Positions 8,995 to 20,200 of a stretch of DNA of 64,000 nt are shown here, in pieces. A program made the translations under genes and the position numbers. Under the pieces are notes generated by a model. The model was given only the letters and a program-made list of their open reading frames with translations. It searched no databases and was not told where the DNA came from. This DNA comes from an uncultured cyanobacterium (lineage in GTDB: Bacteria > Cyanobacteriota > Cyanobacteriia > Leptolyngbyales > Leptolyngbyaceae). How positions within the stretch are numbered: position 1 is the stretch's first letter; the number at the start of each line of letters is the position of its first letter. The stretch covers positions 25,859 to 89,858 of the forward strand of contig CAVYAN010000051.1 in the NCBI GenBank assembly GCA_963766075.1, written 5' to 3'.

Positions 8995-9134
8995 CCCGGA
9001 TCTATCCCTTGACAGCAGCGCAAATTTTGATAGTGAAACGATGATGATCTGGAAGTCCTGCCCCTGGAACGGGCGATCGAAAATCCTCCGTGTTTTCCTA
9101 TCGTCAGTTGGCCGTTGACCCGCTAGAATGGATG

Positions 9135-9322
9135 AAGCTCCACTGCGACGTTGGTGACTGCCAATAATGTTTTATGATCTATGCTTTGTTAAAAATGGAG
9201 TCTTAACGCCTAGCGGCAGTAAACCGAGCTTGTACTCGGAAACTTTTAAGCTAAGGCACTCGGGTTCCCCCTGGCTTACGCCAGGTCAAAAACTGAGGTA
9301 AGACGGCGCTGCGGTGGGCTTT
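9135..9322 (+). ncRNA. ssaA: 6S RNA (cyanobacterial SsaA type)
   Basis: About 188 nt with recognisable blocks GTGACTGCCAATA, CTAGCGGCAGTAAACCGAGCTTGTACTCGGAA and GAGGTAAGACGGC. The ends pair (AAGCTCCACTGCG / CGCTGCGGTGGGCTT). TAGAAT -10 box at 9124-9129. Confidence 0.9.
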
Positions 9323-9348
9323 AGAAATTTGTAAGGAAGGTTTTAGGC

Positions 9349-9377
9349 AAGGGGTCGACTAAAGTCGGCCCCTTTTT
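9349..9377 (+). terminator. Intrinsic terminator of 6S RNA
   Basis: AAGGGGTCGACT-aa-AGTCGGCCCC-TTTTT. Confidence 0.85.
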
Positions 9378-9529
9378 GATGGCTTCTCGTTTTGAAGGCC
9401 CTAATGCAGCAAGGCTGAATTAACAATTGAAAATGTAAAGTTAAAAATGCCGAGACTGCATAGCTTTTAGGGCTTTTCCACTGGACAGTTATTTCGATCT
9501 TGGTGTACTAATTAGAGGATATCCGAGCA

Positions 9530-9565
9530 CAGACCCCTGGGATTTTTAGAAATCCCAGGGGTCTG
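9530..9565. repeat. REP-like hairpin, may terminate the barrel gene
   Basis: CAGACCCCTGGGATTT-ttag-AAATCCCAGGGGTCTG; related copy at 23704-23736. Confidence 0.75.
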
Positions 9566-9579
9566 CGAGCGCGGTTGCA

Positions 9580-11190
9580 TTAGAACATAAAGGATAATCC
9601 GGCTTTGAGGAAGAACCCTTGCAGGCTTAAATCTCCTTGATTTTCAGAAAAGGCACCGGGATTCGAGGCGTTGACAAACCGAATATTATTGACAGCGTTA
9701 AACCAATGCTGATATTCATAGCCTGCACTGAGGGAGAGACTAGAGGTTTTGGCCGCATTTAAGTGGGTGCTCCAGTCTAGCCCCACGGCCATATCCAGCA
9801 CCGGCACAGTTTGCCGGACATTACTCTGGATATCGGCAATCAATTCTGTCCCATCCACATTAGTTTCCTGGAACCGGGTAGAGGATTTACCAAAGAGGAT
9901 GGAGGCAGCGCCCCGCCCAAACACACTGAATCCACTCCCCAAGGGTAGCCGCAGTTCTGCCCCCAACCGGGGACCTGACCCATGGAAATCATCGGAAATA
10001 TTTACTTGCGCATTGCGAAAGGTTTGGCCGTTATAGGCAACGGACAGATCGCGATCCAGATTACCAAAGCGCCATCCTCCGAATAAGCGAGTTTGCAGTC
10101 CTTTGCCAATGCGGAAGCGGTAGCCTATTTCCAAGTCGGTGGTGTTGTATGCCAACTTGGCATTGGCGATCGCTGTATCGGCGCGATCATTCTGGAACGG
10201 CACCGTCAGAGTCGAGAACAAAAAGCCGGGAGCATTGGGATCATCGGGAAAACCGGGGCGAGCCGCAGAACTGGAGCCGCGCGTATCGTAGGTGGTGTAG
10301 ATCACCCCCAGATCCCAGGCAGATTTTGGCAAGCGATAGGTGAGGGCAAACCGCAGAGCCTCGGATTGCTGGAATTCCACATTGGATAATTGCCCACTGG
10401 TGGAGAGGGCCACCCCCGGATCGACAATGGCAAAATCCATGCCACTGCTGACATGGGGCCGCAGAAACAGCACCTCTGTCGAAAAGGTAAGGGCTCCGGT
10501 AGGATCATCGGGCACTTGGACAGTATTCATCGCGGGCGTACTGACCTGCTGTTTCAGGGACTCAATTTCCTGCTTGAGTTGCTCTTGTTGCTTTTCCAGC
10601 AGTTGGATGCGGTCTTCGGGGGTGGGGAAAGATTCACCACCGGGTACAGGCACCGTTACCGGGTCAGATTGCTGGGCCAGATTAGGTTGGACTCCTGGCG
10701 GTTGGACTACCGGCAGGAGTGGAGCGGCAGGGACAGCTAAGGGCTGAGTGGGCTGGGCCGGGATGGATTGGGCTGGCAAAGCAGCGGTGGGGGACAGTTC
10801 CCCCACCAAGGGGCGGGGGGTGATGGGTGTGCGGGCCGGGATGCGGGGGGCGATCGCGGAATATTCTGGAGTAGCGCGGTCGGGACTCACAGCGAGAGGA
10901 ACGGTACTGGGCGCAATGGCTGCGGCATTCGGGACAACTGGATCAGATCCCGGTGGCGGGACATTAATCGGGATAGCCACGGAAAACTCCATCGCCGCCG
11001 GGGTTGGGGTAGGAGAAACCCCTACCGAAGTTGGTGCTATGGGCGGTGGCGAAATCTCGGGGAAGGCCGAAGATTCTGCGGACTCCGGCAGCGGAGCCTC
11101 GGGCACAGGCAGAGTGGTTTGGGCGGTTGCACTGTTCGCTCCCGCGATCGCACCCAGGGTAGCCACAAGTCCCAGACTTAGTTCTTTCAC
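9580..11190 (-). CDS. Outer-membrane beta-barrel, Lpg1974/Legionella MOMP-like, with Pro-rich linker and coiled coil
   Basis: GTG at 11190 gives a signal peptide (MKELSLGLVATLGAIAGANSATA-Q), then a Pro-rich region, a coiled coil (EDRIQLLEKQQEQLKQEIESLKQQV), amphipathic strands (F.G.GPRLGAE, SAGYEYQHWFN, GDLSLQGFFLKAG) and a terminal Phe. Confidence 0.75.
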   Translation of the reverse strand: MKELSLGLVATLGAIAGANSATAQTTLPVPEAPLPESAESSAFPEISPPPIAPTSVGVSPTPTPAAMEFSVAIPINVPPPGSDPVVPNAAAIAPSTVPLAVSPDRATPEYSAIAPRIPARTPITPRPLVGELSPTAALPAQSIPAQPTQPLAVPAAPLLPVVQPPGVQPNLAQQSDPVTVPVPGGESFPTPEDRIQLLEKQQEQLKQEIESLKQQVSTPAMNTVQVPDDPTGALTFSTEVLFLRPHVSSGMDFAIVDPGVALSTSGQLSNVEFQQSEALRFALTYRLPKSAWDLGVIYTTYDTRGSSSAARPGFPDDPNAPGFLFSTLTVPFQNDRADTAIANAKLAYNTTDLEIGYRFRIGKGLQTRLFGGWRFGNLDRDLSVAYNGQTFRNAQVNISDDFHGSGPRLGAELRLPLGSGFSVFGRGAASILFGKSSTRFQETNVDGTELIADIQSNVRQTVPVLDMAVGLDWSTHLNAAKTSSLSLSAGYEYQHWFNAVNNIRFVNASNPGAFSENQGDLSLQGFFLKAGLSFMF

Positions 11191-11294
11191 AATTAAAAAC
11201 TCCTCAAAGTTATAAAAAAGGCAATGAATTTTAGGATTTAGAAGTTGAACTTTGAACCGAATCCGGCATCCAAACTTCAACCTCTAAAATTGAT

Positions 11295-14200
11295 TTAGGG
11301 AAAACTGACCATCAAGCTCCCTTTGGGGCTAAGGCTATTGCGGTTAGCCAAAATTTCGAGCAGATAGCGCTGGAGCGCGGGGCTGGGCAATTCCGCAAGG
11401 CGGGCATTGATACTCGGGGCGATCGCCTGCTGGTCCGACGGGCTAGGGCTAGTTGCCCGGATCACATTCGTACCAGAGCCACCGTCTAGGGTGTTTTCGG
11501 CTTCGCGACCTCCGAAGAGGTAGTCATTGCCCTCTTGTCCCTGGAGGATATCGGACCAGCGTTGTCCAAACAGAATGTCATTGCCCGCACCGCCTTGTAT
11601 GGAGTCTTGGCCGAGGGTCTGAAGCGTGCTATTGAGGTTGCGATAGATGATGTCATACAGGTGAGGGAGGGCTTGGGCAAAGTTGTAGGGTTCTTCGGTG
11701 TAATCTACTGAAGATTCCGGCAGGGCAAGGCCCAGATTGGTTTGACCGTTGAGGAAGGGAGCCGTAAACGTAGCTGTATCGCCAAAGATGACATCGTTCC
11801 CTGCACCGCCCGAAAGGGTATCGTTCTCCGCAATCAGCAGATTGGATTGATTCCGGTTGGCATAGGCGATGCCGTATTGCTCATTGTGGAGGTCGCGAAC
11901 CACACTCGTAATATCTCGAACGATGCCCCCGAGGCTTTGGCGCAGCGTCGCAGCTTGGGTGGCGGTGGTGGCGGCCTGGGTGAGAACGGGCATGATCAGG
12001 GTGCTGTACCCGCCGACAATCAGGTCATCTCCTGCCCCGGAGCCATTGGTATTGTCTCCGAAGACGATGTCGTTGTTGAGGATAAGGGTGAAGTCTTGGA
12101 AGTTGGAGCGGACGGCTTTAGGGGTGCGATCAAAGGCATAATTGGCAATACTGCCGGGTTGGTAGCTAAAGCCATCTAGCACTGGAGAAAACACCATTGT
12201 GTCACCAGCCATGATCTGATCATTGCCATTGCCACCGCTGACAATATCGTTCTTCAAAGAGAGAGTATAGGGGGATGCGATCGCCCCTGTATAAAGATCC
12301 AATTGACTGGTGATGCCTCCATTGAATTGGCTCAGTCCTTGCCTTAAATCGGTTACGGTTTGCAGAATTCTGGGTAGAGTATTGGGCTGCACTGCTGTTA
12401 TGGCGCTGTATAAGGTTTCGTCGTCCGCAAAGACGAGATCTCTGCCAATGCCGCCACTAATGGTGTCATTGCCCACAGCCAAGGTTTGGGCCGATTTGCT
12501 GACGCTTTGGGCAATTTCCAAATCATGCAAGTCATAGAGCAGGTGATAAATCTGCGTGGTGAGCTGACTCAGAGCCTGATCCGTTTGGGGATTATTGGTC
12601 CGGAGGGGGCTGAAACTGCGGTAGTTGTCACCGATCAAGGTATTGTTGCCGCTGCTGTCGCTAATGGCATCGTTCCCGGCCAGTTGATCCAGATGGTTGC
12701 TAATGTCCGGAATGATGGCCGCTAGGGACTGGTAGGTGATGCCATTGCGGGTGAGGTTGGCGATCGCCGGAATCGTATTGGGACTTTGTACAGGTGTGGG
12801 GGCCAGGGTCAGGGGTGCCCATAAACCGGGACTCATGGTCGGCGTGAGCGTAGCAGTAGGAATCACAATTGTTCCGAACTGCCCCAGGGCAAAGTTGAGC
12901 CCTGTCGCTTGCCCGATGATGTGCAGACCTCGGGTCACGGTGGGAATTTGTTGATCGAACGGGGCCAGGTTTTCGCTGTTATCGCCAATGATTAGGTCAT
13001 CACCACTGCCACCAGCGATCGTGTCGTTACCCTCGTTGCCCTCGATGTAGTTATTGCCCGCCGTGTCACTGATGGTGTCGTCACCCCGCTGACCAAACAA
13101 CGTATCGTCACCACTGCCCCCCGAGATGGTGTCATTACCGTCAGGGATAAAGGTCAGGGCTTGGACCTGGGTTTGGGATTGGCCATTATTCTGGACGGGG
13201 CTACCGTCAGGGTTATAGAGGCTATTCAGCAGAAGCAAATCAGCGGTGGCATAGACACTGCTGGGGACAGCATTACTGTTCCACACGTCCGTAATTGTGG
13301 CCACATCGGTGAGGAGAGCATCCCGATGCCAGGAACCATTGGTGTTGATGCGCGGGGTCCCATCGGGGTTGTAGGCCCGCAGAATTGCGCCCACGTCACC
13401 CAGCAGGACGTCCTGACCTGCGCCCCCCTCCATCAGATCATTGCCCAGATTGCCATAAATTTCGTCATCGCCTGCGCCCCCATCCATGACATCATTGCCG
13501 CGTTGACCATAGAGAATATCGTCACCCGTTCCACCATTAACCGTGTCATTGCCACCAATGGTATCGACATCATCAAATCGGACAACATCTCGAATAATAT
13601 CGGGAAAGGGTGCGGGATAGCGTTGCCAATCGCTATTGCCTAGTGGTCGTCGGGTAATAATGCCATTATCGCCAATTTCAACATCGGCATTGGCCCCGCC
13701 ATCGATGAAATCATTGCCATCGGACCCACCAATCACATTATGGCCGCCAATAATATCGTCTTCTCCAGCCCCACCAAAGATGAGATCGCCCCCCTGTTGA
13801 CCTAGGATAAAGTCATCCCCTTGGTTGCCGTAGATGAGGTCATTGCCACCGCCATCCGCCGCACCCGTGTCGATGGAGAGGTAGTTGCGATCGCGCGGTA
13901 AGGCTTCATACACCTTGCCGTGGTCGCCCAGGATTAAATCATCAAAGCGCCCAGTGCCGGGAACAAGGTCAGGCACGACACCATAGACGGCATCAGCGGT
14001 TTTGGTAGTGCCATTCATCAGCCACATCGCCAGATCGTTGCCGTTTTGCCAAAGGATATCGTGGCGGCGATCGCCATCAAAATCGCCAAAGCCAATTGGC
14101 TGCCAACTGGCGGGTAAAATCGCCGGGGCAATTCCTTGATCCGCAATCACAGTCGATCCATTCATCAGCCAGACGGTCATGCCGCCGCCCGTCTGCCGCC

Positions 14201-17200
14201 AGAGGATATCGCCCTTGCTATCGCCGTTAAAGTCGCCCAATTCAACGATTTGCCAACTGTTGTCAATGGCAGCAGGGCCAATCAGCGGCGTGGCCAGCGG
14301 CGTGGGACCATTCATCAACCAGACGGCTACACGCCCACTGCCCGTTTGTCGCCATACCAGGTCTTGCCGCAAATCACCATTCAAGTCGGTCAGGCCCATG
14401 ACTTGCCAATCGGCGATACCGCCGCCCATCAGAGTGCTGGACTGCATCGTGTGTCCATTCATCAGCCAAATGTCTACGCGATCGCCGCTCTGACGCCACA
14501 GCAGATCATCTTTGCCATCCCCGTTGAAATCACCCATGGCAATTTGGTTCCAGTCAGCAGAGATGGCACTGGGACCGACCAAGCCACTTTCGATCAAGGA
14601 AATGCCATTCATCAGCCAGGTATGGATTTCTCCGGTGGCATTATTGCGCCATAGAATATCGCCTTTGCCATCGCCATTGAAATCGCCCACGCCCCGAATA
14701 TCCCAATTCAACGGCACATTTCGGAACCCAACATAGGCGGTAGCAAGGTAATTCTTGCCATTCATCAGCCAGATACTGACATCACCATTGACGATATTGC
14801 GCCATAGGAAGTCATCCTTGCCGTCGCCGTTGAAATCAATCGTGCCTTCCAACAGCCAACTGGGATCGAGGGTATAGGTATATCCGCCATCAAGGACGCT
14901 GGTGCCATTCATCAGCCACATCAGCGTGCGGTTGTCTGCACTATTTCGCCAGAAAATATCGCTCTTGCCGTCACCATTAAAGTCACCCGTACTGATGACT
15001 TGCCAGTCAGGCCCCAGCCCATCGACACCATCATCCCCGAAGATCGTATCGTCACCCGTACCACCCAGAATTTGATCATTGCCTGCCCCGCCTAGGATGC
15101 GATCGCGCCCGCCATCGGTAGGATTCGTCGTGGTGATGAAATCCAGGGTAGAAAAGTCACTATCAGCGGCCACCGTGGCATCGCCGCCATAGGCATAGTC
15201 CATGAAACCGTTATCGCCCAGGATTTTATCGTCACCCTGGTTGCCTTCCAAGCTATCGTCCCCAAATCCACCCAGAATCAAGTCATTATCCTGATTGCCC
15301 TGGATAGAATCGTTGCCACCGATGGCTGGGCTGATGGTTTGGATTAACCGCAGGTTGCCGATGGTGTAAAGGATTTGGCCGTTGTCGCCGAGGAGTGTGT
15401 CGGTACCAAGGCCACCCGTGATGCTGTCATTATCCGCACCACCCAGAGCGATATCATTACCATCATTGCCTTGAATGGTATCGCGCCCGCCAAGAGCCGA
15501 GTCTGTACTGGTGATGGCATCTAGCGTCGTTAGATCTAGATCAATGCCATAATCGAGGATGCCGTGATCGCCCAGGATGATGTCGTCGCCGTTATCACCC
15601 GTAATGGCATCGTTGGCGGTCCCGCCGAGGATGCGATCGCGGCCCTCGTTCCCCGCGATTACATCATTGCCGCCATCCGCTGGGGCAATGGTTTCGATGC
15701 GGGTAATGATGCCGCCGCTAAAACTGATTTGGCCATTATCGCCGAGTAAAATGTCGTCGCCAGCATTGCCACTGAGCGTGTCGTTGGCGGCTCCCCCTAG
15801 GGCAATATCATTGCCGTCATCCCCTGTGATGCTGTCGTTGCCGCCGATGCCGGTATCGGTAGTGACGATCCGATCCAGGGTGGTTAAGCTTTCATCCAAG
15901 GCGTAATCCAGCCGACCGCTATCGCCCATGATAATGTCGTCGCCAATATTGCCTGCGATCGTGTCATTGCCAAAGCCTCCCAGCAGCGTATCACGCCCCT
16001 CATTGCCGAAGAGACTATCATCGCCTCCAAGGGTCGGGAAACTGGTGGCAATAGTTTCGACGAAGTTGGCGGCATTGCGAGTGATATAGCCACTGTCACC
16101 CAGGATAATGTCATCTCCAATACCGCCAAGGAGGGTATCGCCGTCATTCAAGCCGGGACCGCTCTGATCCGTGCCACCGGAGCCGCCAAGAATCGTGTCA
16201 TTGCCCGCACCGCCCACAATGCTATCGGTGCCACCAAAGCTTGGATCCGTGGAAAAAATATCGTTGGCAGCAGCGGTGCCATCATTGCCGACAACAACTC
16301 CATTATCGCCAAGTAAAATATCCGCACCATCTCCGGCAGTGATTGTGTCATTGCCGCTGCCGCCGAGGGCAATCAGCGTACCCTCGGTGTCGGTGATTAA
16401 ATCATCTCCGCCGTTTGCCGGGAACAGCGTAGCAATTCGTTCGACGACATTAGCAGCGTTACGAGTGATGTAGCCACTGTCGCCCAGGATGATGTCATCC
16501 CCGGCTCCTCCGACCAGGGTATCACCGTCATTCAAGCCGGGACCGCTCTGATCCGTGCCTCCGGAACCACCGAGGATCGTATCGTTGCCTGCACCGCCTA
16601 CAATGCTATCGGTGCCACCAAAGTTTGGATCCGTGGAGAAAATATCGTTAGCTTGGCTAGTACCGTCAGCGCCAACGACAACACCGTTATCACCCAAGAG
16701 AATGTCTGCACCATTCCCGGCAGTAATGGTATCGTTGCCGCTACCGCCTAGAGCGATCAAGGTGCCTTCAGTGTCGGTGATTAAGTCATCTCCGCCGTTT
16801 GCCGGGAATAACGTGGCAATTCGTTCGACAACACTGGTGGCATTGCGAGTAATGTAGCCACTATCGCCCAGGATTACATCATCTCCGGTTCCTCCGGCCA
16901 GGGTATCGCCGTCATTCAAGCCGGGGCCACTCTGATCCGTACCGCCGGAACCACCGAGGATCGTGTCGTTGCCTGCGCCGCCCACAATGCTATCGGTGCC
17001 GCCAAAGGCTCCATCTGTGGAGAAAATATCGTTAGCAGCAGCGGTGCCATCAGCACCGACGACAACGCCATTATCGCCAAGTAAAATATCCGCACCATCT
17101 CCAGCGGTAATCGTGTCATTGCCGCTGCCGCCAAGGGCAATCAGCGTACCCTCGGTGTCGGTGATTAAGTCATCGCCGCCGTTTGCCGGGAACAGCGTGG

Positions 17201-20200
17201 CAATTCGTTCGACGACATTAGCAGCGTTGCGGGTGATGTAGCCACTGTCGCCCAGGATAATGTCATCCCCGGCTCCTCCGGCCAGGGTGTCACCGTCATT
17301 CAAGCCGGGACCACTCTGATCTGTGCCGCCGGAACCACCGAGGATCGTATCGTTGCCTGCACCACCCACAATGCTATCGGTACCACCAAAGGCTCCATCT
17401 GTGGAGAAAATATCGTTAGCAGCAACGGTGCCATCATTGCCGACAATAACGCCATTATCGCCAAGTAAAATATCCGCACCATCTCCAGCGGTAATCGTGT
17501 CATTGCCGCTGCCGCCGAGGGCAATCAGTGTGCCCTCAGTGTCGGTGATTAAATCATCACCGCCGTTTGCCGGGAACAGCGTGGCAATTCGTTCGACAAC
17601 GTTGGCGGCATTGCGGGTGATGTAGCCACTGTCGCCCAAGATAATGTCATCTCCGATGCCGCCGAGAAGGGTGTCACCGTCATTCAAGCCGGGACCGCTT
17701 TGATCCGTGCCGCCGGAACCGCCGAGGATCGTGTCGTTGCCTGCACCGCCCACAATACTATCGGTGCCACCAAAGGCTCCATCTGTAGAGAAAATATCGT
17801 TGGCGGCGGCGGTGCCATCACTATCAACAACAACGCCGTTATCGCCCAAGAGAATATCCGCACCGTCCCCAGCGGTGATTGTGTCGTTGCCGCTGCCGCC
17901 GAGGGCAATCAGTATGCCTTGGGTGTCTTCAATCCGATCATCGCCGCCGTTAGCCGGGAATAGCGTAGCAATCCGTTCGACAATACCGGCGGCATTGCGG
18001 GTGATGCGGCCACTGTCGCCGAGAATAATGTCGTTTCCAGCTTCACCGAAGAGGCGATCGCCCCCGACCCCTGCCGCATCACTACCGCCGGAACCGCCGA
18101 CGATCAAATCATCGCCCCCGCCGCCAACAATGGTGTCTTGGCCACCATTTGTCGGATCAGTGGAAACTACATCATTGGCGTCAGCACCCACACCAGCGCC
18201 ATAGACAATGCCGTTATCGCCCAGCAGCACATCCACAGCATTATCGCTGCCACCGGAAATGCTATCGTTGCCGCTGCCCCCCAGAATCGTGTCCGCATCG
18301 GCATCACCCGCGATCGTGTCATTGCCGCCTTGGGTGGGGAACAGCGTCAGCATGGACTGCATGATTCCTCCCGCATCGCGATTAATCCGACCACTGTCAC
18401 CGATGATCAAATCCGTGCCGTTACTTCCCTGAATGGTGTCGTTGCCAGTGCCGCCAAGGATGCTGTCATTGCCCGCGCCCCCAAGGATCGTATCGTTGCC
18501 GCCATTGACCGGATCAGTGGAAAAAATCGCATTGGCATCGCTGGTGCCATCGGCCCCAACCACAACGCCGTTGTCACCCAGAATGATGTCACTCCCGATG
18601 CCGCCCTGGATGCTATCGTTGCCCGAGCCCCCAATTAGGATATTCCCAATATTGACACCGCCCACCAGGGTGTCATTGCCACCAAAGCTCGGATCAGAGG
18701 TTTCCGCCCTGAGCAGTAACCCACTACTACTCAGGGTAACGCGGCCATTGTCACCAATCTGGGCCACATCAACGCCCTCCGTGCTCAGCAACAGGTCGTT
18801 TCCTGCTCCACCAATCTCAATGTCACGGTCCTCGCCACCGTCCAGGGTGTCATTCCCCAAGGCACTGGGATTGGTGGACTCGTAGCGCACAACCCCACCG
18901 GGCAGATTCACCTGTTGGCCACTGTCGCCAAACAGCACGTCATTGCCCGCATTGCCAAAGAGGAGATCGTCGCCGCCATCCCCAGCTAATAGGTCATTGC
19001 CCGCTTGGCCATAGAGAGAGTCATTACCAATGCCGCCGAACACTATATCATTGCCATTGCCGGTGCCCAGGGTCACGGTGCCACTGCCATCGACGCTGCC
19101 GTTATCACCCAGCAGAATATCGTTATCGCTGCCGCCATTCAACTGATCATCGCCCTCGTTGCCGTAGAGGATGTCGTTACCGCTGCCGCCATCCGCATAG
19201 TCATTACCCTCGTTGCCGAAGAGCGTATCGCTGCCCGCTTGGCCAAACAAGGCATCATTGCCCGCGCCCCCTTCAAAGACATCATTGCCACCGCCCGCGC
19301 CCAGTTGCACCTGCACAACCACACCATTGGCCACGACGGTGACATTTTGCAAAACGGCCCCACCGGGTGGCAAGGGAGCCGAGGAGTCACCGGGCCCAAC
19401 GAAGATGGTGCCCTCATCCAAAATGAAGTCGTTGCCATCGCCGCCATAGGCAAAGTCGTTGCCGAGGCCCGCTTCAATAATGTCGGTGTCGGCATCGCCA
19501 AAGAGCGTATCGTTGCCGTCGCCGCCTTTAATGCGATCGCTGCCATCCCCACCGCGCACCACATCATCGCCAATGCCCGCCTCTAGATAGTCGCTGCCCG
19601 TACCCCCTAGGAGGCTGTCATTACCTGCATTGCCATAGAGGGTGTCATTGTCTGCACCGCCATCCAGGGTGTCATTGCCCGTGCCGCCGAACAGCTTGTC
19701 ATTGCCCGCCTCGCCAAAGGCTTGGGAATTCCCAGCCCGCACCGTCAGCTCATCGTTACCCGCACCGCCATGGAGGAGAGCGACCCCGCCCCCGGCGAAC
19801 AGCTTGTCATTGCCAAATCCCGTTTGCAGGGGATCCTTGAAATCGCCCCACAGTTCCACCGGCAACAGCACATCAGCGGCAACATCAATCACATCATTGC
19901 CATTACCGCCTTCTGCGTAGATTTTTTGAATGGTGCTGGCCGCAAAGGCTTGCACAATGCCAAAAGCCGATACCAGGATTTGAGTGCCATCAGTCGATCG
20001 GGTCACCTTAAAGGTTTCATCACCATCGGTCAGATTGCCGGTAACCCGCTGCGCAGCAAAAGTACCCATGTTCAACCGCAGCACACCCGCGCCGAGACTC
20101 GGGTCTAGCTGGGCCAACACTGGATTAGGCGATAGGGTGCCCGTACTGGTGTCGAAGTCCAGCAAGGTCACCGAGGCAATGTCAAAGGAATCTTCCCAGC

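Noticed and set aside
9135..9322. Novel structured ncRNA
   Set aside because: Recognisable as the known cyanobacterial 6S RNA, so it is listed as a feature and not as novel.
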